Positions 49,501 to 60,459 of a stretch of DNA of 64,000 nucleotides are shown here, piece after piece. The notes under the pieces are model-generated. The model saw nothing but the letters and a program-made list of their open reading frames with translations, ran no database searches and was not told the origin of the DNA. The DNA is taken from contig JBHGNT010000014.1 in the NCBI GenBank assembly GCA_043228905.1, positions 3,906,001 through 3,970,000 on the forward strand, read 5' to 3'. A program made the position numbers and the translations under genes. The stretch comes from Azolla caroliniana (lineage: Eukaryota > Plantae > Polypodiophyta). The first letter of the stretch is position 1. Every line of letters starts with the position of its first letter.

Positions 49501-50011
49501 TACAATTCCTTGTGGAGAGGATCGTTTGGAGCAGCTACGTAAGATACAAGCAGATTTATCTACTCATCTATAGCAAGCTCAACAAACACACAAGGTTTAC
49601 GTGGATCGTCATCGGCTTCCATCCAGTTTTGACATTGGAGATCGGGTGCGGCTACTACGACGACACATCAAGACTACTTGCCCATGTGAGAAGTTGGATT
49701 ACCGGCGATTAGGTCCTTTTCGTATTATCGGAAAAATTAATGATGTCGCTTTTCATCTCGATCTACCTCCACAACTTCGGATAAATCTGGCGGCACCCCT
49801 GATCGAGCTTGAAGATGAACCTGAGTACGAGGTTGCCGCCATCCTCGATTCCAAGATTGTTCGCAACAAGCTCTACTATTTAGTCGATTGGCTAGGATAT
49901 AGTCCCAGCGAGCGTACTTGGGAAGAATGTGACCAATGCTCGTGCTCTTCTTCAAGCCTTCTATCGTCAATATCCAGACAAACTGGGTCCTCAATCCAAA
50001 ACGACTCGTGA
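46535..50011 (+). pseudogene. pol of chromovirus copy B (PR-RT-RH-INT-chromodomain)
   Basis: ALLDSGANSCF, YLDDLL, NYEIHDKELLA, GPFRI and EYEVAAILDSK...YLVDWLGY, with many stops. Confidence 0.92.
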
Positions 50012-50510
50012 CACTCGTCATGTTTTAAAGGGGGGTTAGTGTCATGATATGGGAAGACTCGAACCCATGACCTTATATTACATGGGTCAAGCTCTTACCA
50101 TTAGGATATGTATTGTAATACGAAGGATATTATTTTCATTTAAGTTTTACTATAGAAAATTGATGTATATTCCAGATTTCTCTGGAACATTCTAGAAACT
50201 TCAGGACTACTCCTAAGAACACTATAAAAGGAGGCACAAGGCATTGTTTCGAACCAAATCAGTTCAACGCCAGTCTTAAGCCTTCTAGCTACTATTGTAT
50301 ATTCCCTTAACATAGTATATATCTTTTGTTATCCTCATTCTCATTCTCTCTCTCTCTCTCTCTCTCTCACTCACTCACTCACGCACTCTCTCCTTCTCTC
50401 GAGAATTCTACACTTCCCTTAGTACTAATTCTCATCTTTTAGTACTAATTCCTTCTCTGTTTTAGTACTATTCCTGACAGTACTTCTTTGTCTTAGTACT
50501 GCTCCTGACA

Positions 50511-51750
50511 CCGAGTGACCGAGTTCTTCTCTTAAGATGAGCGTCGGAGTTTTTCGTTTGCCGATGTGAGTGCCTTTTGTATTCCAAATGTCCGGAAAAT
50601 GGGTACACCAAACTCAGTATCTAGTGAGCGAGCCGACACATCCAAGCGAGCCGACACATCCGAATCACTGTCGTCGTGTTGGTCAACTTCATATTTGGGC
50701 ATCTTACCTTTGCCTTTGTCCGATTTCGGACTTGGCTGTGATGTGCTTTGGTCACTTGTGGACTCGTGTGGTCCACTTAGTTCGGTAGAGCTTGGATTGT
50801 CCTTTGGTAAAGGACTTGATCGAACATCTTCATCCGAGTTGATGACCAAGTGTTCATCGATCAGTTTGGATGGAGCCGAATCGGGCTCATACCATGATGC
50901 TGATTCGTCGAAAAATACGTCCTGACTTATCTGAACCGCTCGGGTCGAAGGATTGAAGCACCTGTATCCCTTTTTCTCGGACAAGTATCCTATGGGGATA
51001 CATTTCTCTGACTTCATGTCGAGCTTCTATCGTCTTTCGTTCAATATGTGTACATATGCAATGCTTCCGAACACCTTGAGGTGCGACATGATTGGCTTCC
51101 TTCCAACAAAGATCTCGTATGGAGTTAGCTCATGTACTCCATTAGTGGTGCATCGATTCAGGAGATAGATGGCTGTGGATGCCACTTTAGCCCAATAGAA
51201 ATTTGGCATGTGCTTCTCATGCAACATGGCGTGTGCTACCTTGAGTATGTGCCGATTCTTCCTTTCGGCAACTCCATTTTGTTGGGGTGTGTCGGCACGA
51301 AAATTCTCTCCGAATGCCTTCACCTTGGAGGTAGGAGATTAATTCGTTGGAGAAGTACTCCTTGCCTCCATCCGATCGTAGGCATCGAATATGCCAACCA
51401 GTTTCTTTTTTGACTTGGCTCTAGAGCTTTTGAAAGTGGGAGATCACTTCACTCTTCTTCTTCATCGGGAAGATCCACGTGTAGCGGGAGTAATCCTCGA
51501 TGAAGTTGATGTAATATCGGCATCTGCCGATCATCGGCATTTGAGCCGATCCCCATACATTCGAATGGATGATGTCAAGGAGGCCTTTCCTTATGTGGCT
51601 CTCCTTTGGAAATGGGAGTCGATGTTTTTTTCCGAGTTAACATGCTTCACACACTCGGTAAACTCGTTTCAACTCAAAGGTCGAAACTTCGATGACGACT
51701 CCCTTTGATTGCATAGCTCGGAGCCATTGGAGGTTGATGTGACAGGTCCT
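50511..51750 (-). pseudogene. Copia integrase region (host of copy B)
   Basis: TPQQNGVAERKN, HLKVFGSIAYVH and DVFFDESASWY. Confidence 0.88.
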
Positions 51751-53205
51751 TGTAGATGCCTATTTTATCTTCTTAATAGGACCACCTCCACCCAGACACT
51801 TTTATTTGGCTAGGTAATACAAATACATCTTTCCCCTTTCGCCCACGCCAAAAAATTTCAATAGTAATAGACTACGATTTTTTATTTCTGAAACCGCTTA
51901 ATGCTACCCTTCGAATAGAAAGTAAAATTCACAATTTATCTAAACACCCCCTCACATATAAAGGAAACACAATTGCTAAGCATAGGACTCAAATACATTC
52001 CACCATCCTCTCTACCTTCCACTAATACTATCCTTAAAGAATTTGCTAGTTTAAGTAGATCTTTAGGTTTAAAACATTCCTTTAGAGACATGGACTCACC
52101 CCCCCCCTTAATCCATTTAAACTACCAAATCCTAATTGGAATCCACGATCTCAATATCCTTCTCTTGAAATATTATTAAAAAACATGAAACCCTCCTTTT
52201 GTCTAAACTCTAATAACCTAAACCGAAACCTGTTAGGACACCGCTTTACCTTCGCACATCCCTTAAGAGCCTTAGGAAAAACAACCAAATTATCATTCTT
52301 TCGGCTCATAAGAACATGGGAGTATGTGTTCTAGACAAAGATACCTATTATGAAAAAGCTATAAACCACATCTCGGATACCACCACCTATAGAAAAGTAA
52401 CCCATTTTCCGTTAGAAGAATTCTTATTTTGCCTTAATAGTATAGTGCAAAAAAATCTAGGAACACTTTACTTTATCGAAACTAATTACATACTCCATAA
52501 ACCCCTAAAGGGATATCAAGTATCTAATATTTACTTTCTCCCTAAACTCCATAAAACACCCATAACACGTTCGCGTTCACAAGTGGAAGGATCGCACATT
52601 CCACTTATAGATTCCGTTTATAATCTTGCGATTTTAGGCAATTTTTCAAAAACTTGATACACCAGTATCGCATGTTTTAAATCACATGTAAAATTTGCTA
52701 AAGTTCTGAGATTTAACAAGTTTCAAAATGATAATTTCTAAAATTGAATAGTTTTTCAATAAATGTTTAAACATTCATGGTTTGCAGATATGAAATGTAG
52801 TTAAGTTAAAGAAAATCACAATGATTAACTCAAGGCACAAGTTAAGATTAATGGTTTCACCATCTTGAGGAGATGTAGGTTCTAGAAGTGGAAGTTACAT
52901 CTATTGTTAGACTTCAAAATGTTTTAGGTATAAGAGGTAACATTATAATCCTTAATGCCATCATCTATAAATTTAGTGCTCATTAAAATCCATATATTCA
53001 CAACTCAAGAAATGTATACAATATTCATAAACAATTTTGATAAATTCATAACTCCTAAAATATAGACGATATTCGTAAACTGTCAAAACTGCCACACTTA
53101 CATGTAAACATTAATATATCAATTTGAGCATATCACATATTTATCAAGGTATCCACAATGCTCTCCTCTTCTTCATTTTGAGAACTCCCCTACAAAATAT
53201 GTGAA

Positions 53206-54432
53206 GTAAATGACATTTGCAAGGTTCAATTACCATCAACACAATTATTAATGGTTTTTTGTTAATCAAGGAAGCACATGTTCAACATACTTCTTTACAG
53301 TATCGATATGCATCTTTTACTCTTGTAAAAACAGAGATTTTAGTACAATTAGAGTTCATGTAAATCCTAAACCTCTTTTATTTGAAAAAAAAGAAGATTT
53401 CTAAACATGAACTCCATACATTGTATCGAGTTGATTTAAAAAACAAAGTTTTCATCACAATTCCATACAATGTATCGAATTCATGTTTAAATTTTTGTTT
53501 TTCCAAATAAATAAATAAATAATAAAATAAAAAAAATTGAAAAAAATTACTTTAAACATGAACTCCATATATTGTATTGAATTGTGGTAAAAATTACTTT
53601 AACATGAACTCAGATTTTCAACACGCGATACGGTGTATCGAGTTCATGTTTAAAAACTTAGCTTTTTGACATGAACTCGATAGGATGTATCGAGTTCTTC
53701 TTTAAAACATTTAAACATGAACTCAATACATTGTATTGAATTCATGTTGAAAAGTCAACATTTCAACACGAACTCGATACAGTTGAAAAACAGAGTTTTC
53801 AAGACCAACTTGATACATTATATCGAGTTCATGTTTAAAGTTCTTCTTTTGGGTTTTTTAAAAAACAATTTTGATTTTTTTTCTATTTATTTTGGGGTTT
53901 TTTGTTTTTAAAAATAAAATAAAATTTGAAGTGCTAAAAAAACCAAAGTTTTCATCACAAGTCGATCCAATGTATCAAATTCATGTTTAAAGTCTTCCCC
54001 CCCCCCCTCCCCCTCCCCCCAAAAAAAACAATTTACTTTAAACATGAACTCGGTACATTGTATTGAATTGTGGTGAAAAATCTAGTTTTTTCATGAACTC
54101 AAGCTCGATTTTTTTATTTTAAATACGAGAAAAAAAACTTTGAACATGAATTTGATATATTGTATCGAATTGTGATGAAAACTCTATTTTTTACATCAAC
54201 TCGATACAATGTATGGAGTTCATGTTTAGAAATCTTCTTTTTTTCCAAATAAAAGAGGTTTAAGGTTTACATGAACTCTAGAGGTTTTTACAAGAGAAAA
54301 AGATGCATATCGATACTGCAAAGAAGTATGTTGCATAGCAAGACACCTTATGGTTAACATGTGCTTCATTGATTAACAAAAATCCATTAATAATTGTGTT
54401 GATGGTAATTGAACCTTGCAAATGCCATTTAC
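53206..54432. repeat. Foldback element with arms of about 290 bp and internal palindromic units of about 37 bp
   Basis: 53206-53490 is inverted at about 54140-54432. The unit is AAACATGAACTCGATAC-NNN-GTATCGAGTTCATGTTT and the flanks are GTGAA/GTGAT. Confidence 0.85.
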
Positions 54433-54499
54433 GTGATTTATAAAATTTTCTCGTGGTTCTTAATTCCCACTTCAAGCACTTGGTTAATCTTCATAGTTT

Positions 54500-54990
54500 G
54501 GTTCATCTACAACAGAGAAACATTTATGCGGAACTAAGGATGACAACACAAGCATGATTCAGATGACAAGGAAACTTGCAAGAACTCAAGGTTGGGATAT
54601 TAATAGCTACACATGTAGATGGCCATGACCTAGGGCACCAATTTTGCATTGGTAAAGTTTTGGATGTGGTGATGTATTAAACCTTTGTAATACATCTATT
54701 ATTGACACTAGTGAGGTGGATATCATTGTGTATGACTTTACACTAACAAAAGTTGGATGTGTAAGGACGACAATGATAGAAATAATAAATGAGATATTAC
54801 CAAGTCTAGAAAATATCTCAGATTGAAGGCAAACAAGATTTAGTGCACACAATTTGGAGACACTATTTGGTGAAGAAAATGATTTGATGGGTACATTTGA
54901 AAATGAGGAGGAAGAGTCACAATTGTATATTAGCTATAGTAGTGATTCTCATGAAAGGAATGATGATAGTGATGCAAATAACTCCTAAAT
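54500..54990 (+). pseudogene. Decayed C-terminal coding remnant inside the DNA transposon
   Basis: Reads ELKVGILIATHVDGHDLGHQFCIGKVLDV, then DIIVYDFTLTKVG and an acidic tail, with stops. Confidence 0.45.
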
Positions 54991-55911
54991 GTATTTTTTG
55001 TGCAACGATATGTAACAAATTTAGACAACATTTTATCGAATGAAATAAAAAAGTTGATTGTTTTGAAATCTTTCACTTATGATATCGTTAGGATCTAAAA
55101 TACTACTAGTTGTAATTTGTCCTTAAAAATACACAAAGTTGCTTTTCGTATTTGGCCAAAATTTGGCATTTCTCAATTTTGCCAAATGGTGAAAATTTTA
55201 GCTTTTTCATTAAGTTTTGGAGAACATGTGATATTGGTATCAAGGTGTTTTGTGAAATGGCCAAAAAAGCCTCAAAATAAGACGAAATATTCCTTATCCT
55301 TCCATTTGTCCGCGATCCTTCCACTTGTGAATGCGAATGTGTTCCATTAGCTTTAGACCGATCTGTTCTTATACTAACTCGATATTCGAACAAACCTCAA
55401 AATGGCTACATTTTCAACTTTTACCCATCCTAGTACTCCAAAACCAATACCTAAAAGACTCACACTCCCTCATCCAAAAACTAGAACAACGAACCGCCCC
55501 TCCTAACAGTTTCATCTTCTCTTTCGATGTAGAATCCCTTTATCCTAGCATCCGCCATAAGTTAGGACTCGAAGCACTTTGCCATCATCTACCCCCATTT
55601 TTCCTTAGCCAAGACTAATCTTATCTATACCCTTAGTGGTCTAACCCTAGAGTATCACTACTTGACCTTTGATAATCAAGTATACCAACAAATCAAAGAA
55701 ACAACCATGGGTAGCAACTTCTCAGTTGTCTATGCATGCCTTTTCTTATCACACTTAGAAAACTCACAAACCACACCCCATCTCTTCTATTTTACTAGGT
55801 ACATTGATGATACCTTCGGGGTTTAGACAGGTACGAAATCCAAACTCTTAGACCACCTTATTTTCTAAAGCCTTATGACCGATAACTCTATTAAACTTAC
55901 GATCCATACAT

Positions 55912-56954
55912 TGTTGTGAAGATCCGTCACTACGCACAGATCATGAGGCAGAACCGCCGGTGTTCTGGACCGGAAGGACTCGAAGTTTGCATAGCTTTAG
56001 CAAGAAAGGAATTAAGATAGATTGAAAGAGAGAGAGATTGAGATAAGATAGAACACTTGACTTTAGATTGAGAGAGATTAAGATTGAACTCTTGACTTGA
56101 GATTTGAAGAACAAGATTGATACATCAATTGGATAACGAATTTCTTACTTTTAATTTCTTAATTAGTACATTGCTCCCCTTTTGTCTTTTTCAACCACTC
56201 TTTTATAGACACCCCCATGCATATGATGCATGTGAGGCTACAAGACTTGCATACAATGCATGTGATGCATGTTTGCCATTTGGCGCTCATGCATTACATG
56301 TGATGCATGTTTGCCATTTGGCGCTCATGCATTACATGTGATGCATGATAACCATGTCACTCAATCAAGCTCTAATATGAGAATTTCATGTAAAAGTATA
56401 ATGATAGAAAAAACATTTCTAAGCAAATGACTTGTCTTAGTGGTGAGTTTACTTCCTCCTACCTTGGAGGTGCAAGGTTCAAGCCTTGCTTGCATCCCTT
56501 TGATTACAAATTTCTAATAGGTTTTTTTAGTCTAGATCATTTTGTTCGTTTCACATCGAAATTATCGTGATTAACCTATCCGATCGATCCGTCTATCTGG
56601 TTCGGTTCCGACCTAGTGCTCCGGTTTATCCAGTCCGGTTTCAGTGCTGGTGCCAGTTCTGGTTTGATTGCCGTCTCCATCCGGTTTCGGTTTCGGTTCC
56701 GAGTCCATCCTCGTCCACCTGGTTCCCAAAACCATTATGACTAGTTAAGCCACAGTTTAACCCAAGAACATTATGTGCTCCACTCATAGACAAAAAGTAA
56801 TAGGTTCTGGCTCTGCTTATATACTGTGGGATCCTGATTTGTCCTATCTATGTGGGATATCTCATAGTTTTGTTTTTCTCTTCTTTTTCTCAAACTTCAC
56901 ATTCACATAACTTGACATTTATTTGTCCGTTTCAAATGTAGTAAAGTACATTCG
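55912..56954 (-). mobile_element. Partial LTR of the Trp-primed gypsy group with a 38-bp tandem repeat and a tRNA-like module (56432-56485)
   Basis: TGTTGTGAAGAT terminus after ACAT, a minus-strand TATAAAA near 56201-56207, and the CCTTGGAGGTGCAAGGTTCAA block shared with the 31288/45278 LTRs. Confidence 0.65.
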
Positions 56955-58420
56955 TGAAAAGAATGGCGTGCCGAAGCAGTATAGGAAAACCAAACAACAG
57001 AAAACGCAGGTTTAATGGAAAGCTTAGGTTTTCACAGTACGCACGGGAGAAACAGAGAGAGAGTAACACAAGAACTTAAATTTGAAAATAATACTCAATC
57101 TGTACATAGGATGTGCTCAGTGAGCACTTTTATACAAGCCCTGACAATGGCTGACACAAGTATTGATAGTACTTGATTGCTCATAAATGAGCCTCGACAC
57201 TTACTCCCAAAACTATTCCTTACGAGAAATATCTTTCTAACGGCCTTTCGGTCTACGCACCGATATAACCTTTCTATGCACCGGTCTGCGTACCGGTTTT
57301 ATGCACCCAGTCTACGCACTGGTTACGCATCGTATTACGCACAAATGTTGAGCTTGTCTCTCAACACTCCCCCTCAAGCTCAACTTGAGGTTCCGCATGC
57401 TCTGCCGGACCTACGCTCTGGCTTCTCGTAGCTCCACACCTCGCTCGCGCTCCTCGGCCTGTTCGACTCCGTGCGCTTTGACCCTTCTGGTCGGCTTGTC
57501 TGCTCCCACGGCCCTTCATAGGTCCCTTGCTGTCGCGGTGTTGGCACTTCTCCTGCTGCCTTCTTTTCCGCTTGGCCCTCAGTTGATTCAGTGTATCTGA
57601 ATCAAACATCTGAACCAACTCGGCTACCTCCGATCGGTTTTCGCTCTCGTCCGAGTTGGCTGTCTCCAACTCGTCTCCAGTCTTCTCGCCCTTGACGGCA
57701 TCATCTCCCCCATGCCTGGTTGGCTTTGGCTCTTTCTTTCGACTACTCCCCTTGTGTCCACTTTCGGACTCTTCCGCGGATTCGCTCTCGGCTTCTTCAG
57801 CCGATCCGAGGACTTTTCCGCTCCTTTCCTGCTCCCTTTCGTGGTCATCTGGGACATTTCTCCCCCTCAAGTTCGGCACGTCGAAGTGACGCAACCCAAG
57901 CGCACCCGAAAATTGCCGCAACTTGTCTAGACCAAGAGGCTTGGTGAAGATGTCGGCAGTCTGCCGATCTGTCGGAACATATTGAAGTTCGACTTCACCA
58001 GAAAGGACACGCTCACGGACAAAATGGTAGTGCACCTCAATGTGCTTGGTCCATGCGTGGAAGCCGGGGTTCTTCGCGAGTTGGATGCTGCTGAGGTTGT
58101 CGTAGTAGATCGTCGTTGGATCGGACACCTCCACCTACAGATTCTTAAGTAGCCGCTTCAACCATATGGCTTCGCATGTTGCGACAGTTGCTCCTCTATA
58201 CTCGGCTTCAGTGCTCGACAGTGCAATTGTCGGCTGCTTCTTGCTACTCCACGCTATCGCGGCACTCCCAAGAGAGAATGCATATCTAGACGTGGATCAG
58301 CGATCGGCGACATTGCCGGCCTAGTCAGCATCGGTGTAGCCGACCAACTGCAGGGTTGTATCGGTCCGATATAGCAGTCCACGGTCCTTAGTGTTGCTTA
58401 CGTACCGCAGTACGCGTTGC
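56955..58420 (-). mobile_element. 3' LTR (56955-57366) and RNase H end of a copia element of the 39317 family
   Basis: The LTR and the ORF 57361-58134 match 43936-45005. Confidence 0.92.
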
Positions 58421-58813
58421 GCACATTTTCTTCAAGTTCTCCCACACTTCTTTAGGCGTCTTGGCGTCTTGAATGTGGCTAAGCATGTGATCGTGGACAC
58501 ATGTTGCCAAGCAATACATTACCCAACTTACTCCTTGCTCCCACGTTGGGTAGTTGGCATTTGTGATGTCGGGTTCATTTTCGAGTGTGATGTTGATGTA
58601 GCTCCAATACCCTTGGCCGACTCGGTATTGGTTCATCTTGTACTCCCAAGATGAAAATTGCTCGGTCTAGCTTTTCACTACAAAGCAAGCTACCCATTTG
58701 TGTGTTCATGTTGATGTAGTGTCTTCCTTTTTGGTTTTTCTTCCTTCGTTCACGTAAATGTTGTCATACCTTTCGACGCCGGATCGTTGCATGAGTCGGG
58801 TGGGAACCACTAG
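58421..58813 (-). pseudogene. Copia gag N-terminus and leader, fused by deletion to the RT end of another copia
   Basis: GQGYWSY...CVHDHMLSHIQDAKTPKEVWENLKK. Confidence 0.78.
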
Positions 58814-58824
58814 TGTCATGGCAA

Positions 58825-58877
58825 GACTCGAACCCATGACTTTATGCTACATGGGTCGAGCTCTTACCATTAGATTA
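58825..58877 (-). promoter_or_regulatory. tRNA-like A/B-box module at the LTR 5' end, antisense (also at 30285-30337 and 50056-50108)
   Basis: TAATCTAATGGTAAGAGC...GGTTCGAGTC, box starts 43 nt apart. The copy at 30337 has a consensus TAGCCTAATGG. Confidence 0.65.
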
Positions 58878-58953
58878 GGAATTGTATTTTGTAGAATATT
58901 ATTTTCATTTATACTTTATCATAGAAAATTGATGTATATTCCAGATCTCTCTG

Positions 58954-58998
58954 GAACATTCTAGAAGCTTCAAGATTATTCCTAAAAACACTATAAAA
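58954..58998 (+). promoter_or_regulatory. Heat-shock element and TATA box
   Basis: GAAcaTTCtaGAAgcTTCaaGATtaTTC followed by TATAAAA at 58992. Confidence 0.75.
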
Positions 58999-59023
58999 GG
59001 AGGCACAAGGCATTGTTTTGAAC

Positions 59024-59249
59024 CAAATTGGTTCAACACCAGTCTTAAGCCTCTTAGTCGATTTGTACTTATTTTTCATATAATATAAGAGTTGCTGTCA
59101 TCATCCTATTTCTCTCTCTCTCCTCTTCTCACTTCCTCGCTCTCGGGAATCTTACGCAGTCCCGTCCTCTTAGTACTAATAGTACTACTCTTCTTAGTAC
59201 TAATTCCATCTCTGTTTTAGTACTATTCCTGACAGTTTGAACCAATTTG
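59024..59249 (+). other. Self-priming duplex (predicted RNA 5' end paired with the PBS)
   Basis: CAAATTGGTTCAA (59024-36) is the exact complement of TTGAACCAATTTG (59237-49). Confidence 0.8.
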
Positions 59250-59301
59250 CCTCTAGCCTACTTGTCACTCTCCCTCATCCTCCTACCCTTTTCCCTATAC
59301 T

Positions 59302-60459
59302 ATGGCTACTGTTAGCGCCCAAGAATACCAATCCGTTTTCTCCGAGCTACAGTGCCTAAAAGAAAAGTTTGTTGCCCTGGAACAAGAAAACCAACGGCTG
59401 ATAGGGGATCTGCAACAAATCTCTCTAGAAAAACAACAAACGCAACAACAACATGGGGAGTTAGCGTTACGGGTACAACAACTCGAAGCAGCGTTGCAAC
59501 AACAAGGATCCAGTCCCCAAGGATTTCATAAAGAGCCCAAGATTGGACTTCCTGTGAAATTTGATGGAACGCGTTCGCAATTCCGGGGATTCCTTAATCA
59601 GGTACGCTTAGTCATCCAGATGCATCCTTCCCGATATCCCACTGATGCATCTCGAGTCGGCCTAATAGGCACGCTACTTAGCGGCTCAGCCTTGGCATGG
59701 TTTGCTCCGCTTCTAGAAAAACAATCACCCTTACTTAATAATTTTGAAGATTTTATTGGTGAGTTTAAAGCCTGCTTTGGAGACACCGACAGCATCAGGA
59801 CGGCGATCAACAAGATCCGGCGATTGCGTCAAGGCGATCGTCCAGCCTCTGCCTACGCGGCGGATTTCCGCCTACTTGCTTCAGATATACCCTGGGATGA
59901 TCAAGCACTAATGGAGCAGTTTCGCTATGGCTTGCGAAACGATGTCAAAGATCTACTTCTAACTTTCCCCGAAGAACCAAAGTCTCTTACGGAGGCAATC
60001 AGTCGAGCAGTTCGATGTGACAACCGCCTTTCTGAGCGGCGTTCAGAACGTCAATTACAGATACCACGCTCGAGGCCAGAGCCCACTTACGCCGCAGTCG
60101 CGGCTAAACCGTTTGCACGAGACACACCTCAAGCAAATACTTCGACACCGATGGAGATCGATACCATGCGTCGACGCGGCCCGTTATCGGAAGAAGAAAA
60201 GCAACGACGACGTGCCAATCGATTATGTCTTTATTGCGGTGGACCAGGACATATCGCCATCAATTGTCCCCATAGGCCAAGAAGACAGGTAAATCAAATC
60301 GTCGCCTGTACTAAACCCGAGTCAATTCTTCCCTTTGGAGTGTCTGATAGTATTAATAGTACTAATAGAGTGTCAGATAGTATTCATAGTACTAATAGCC
60401 CAAGTATCTCAAATAAATTTGAAATCCTTAGTCAATTAGATGAAGAGTTAAAGGATTGA
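59302..60459 (+). CDS. gag: Gag, 385 aa
   Basis: Intact ORF with a capsid motif and CLYCGGPGHIAINC. Confidence 0.95.
   Translation: MATVSAQEYQSVFSELQCLKEKFVALEQENQRLIGDLQQISLEKQQTQQQHGELALRVQQLEAALQQQGSSPQGFHKEPKIGLPVKFDGTRSQFRGFLNQVRLVIQMHPSRYPTDASRVGLIGTLLSGSALAWFAPLLEKQSPLLNNFEDFIGEFKACFGDTDSIRTAINKIRRLRQGDRPASAYAADFRLLASDIPWDDQALMEQFRYGLRNDVKDLLLTFPEEPKSLTEAISRAVRCDNRLSERRSERQLQIPRSRPEPTYAAVAAKPFARDTPQANTSTPMEIDTMRRRGPLSEEEKQRRRANRLCLYCGGPGHIAINCPHRPRRQVNQIVACTKPESILPFGVSDSINSTNRVSDSIHSTNSPSISNKFEILSQLDEELKD

Larger units (their letters stand above)
30269..50510 (+). mobile_element. Chromovirus copy B, full-length and degenerate (LTRs 30269-30652 and 50040-50510), with nested insertions in gag
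   Basis: TSD TTGAG/CCGAG, gag at 30749-31287 plus 45926-46534, PPT near 50027-50035, chromodomain near 49820. Confidence 0.93.
52564..55343. mobile_element. Non-autonomous TIR DNA transposon with 32-bp TIRs and a 4-bp TSD
   Basis: AACACGTTCGCGTTCACAAGTGGAAGGATCGC matches the inverted 55312-55343 with 2 mismatches. TSD is CCAT, and removal restores KTPISFRP. Confidence 0.9.
51752..55911 (+). mobile_element. Penelope-like element RT, degenerate and split at 52563/55348 by a DNA transposon; 5' boundary approximate
   Basis: IHNLSKHPLT..LSIGLKYIP, KNMGVCVLDK..Y..LSD-like, YFLPKLHKTP|ISFRPI, SFDVESLYPSI, QQIK..MGSNFS and RYIDD. Confidence 0.82.

Noticed and set aside
53400-54230. Palindromic repeats with variable spacers resembling a CRISPR array
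   Set aside because: The repeats are degenerate, the spacers are irregular homopolymer-rich tracts, the array sits inside foldback arms, and there are no cas genes in this eukaryotic context.
58814-58885. Functional tRNA genes at the A/B-box modules
   Set aside because: I could not form an acceptor stem or canonical anticodon arm, so they are reported only as tRNA-like promoter modules.
59302-60459. Domesticated PEG10/RTL1-like host gene
   Set aside because: It has an LTR, a full pol and multiple copies, so it is an ordinary retrotransposon gag.
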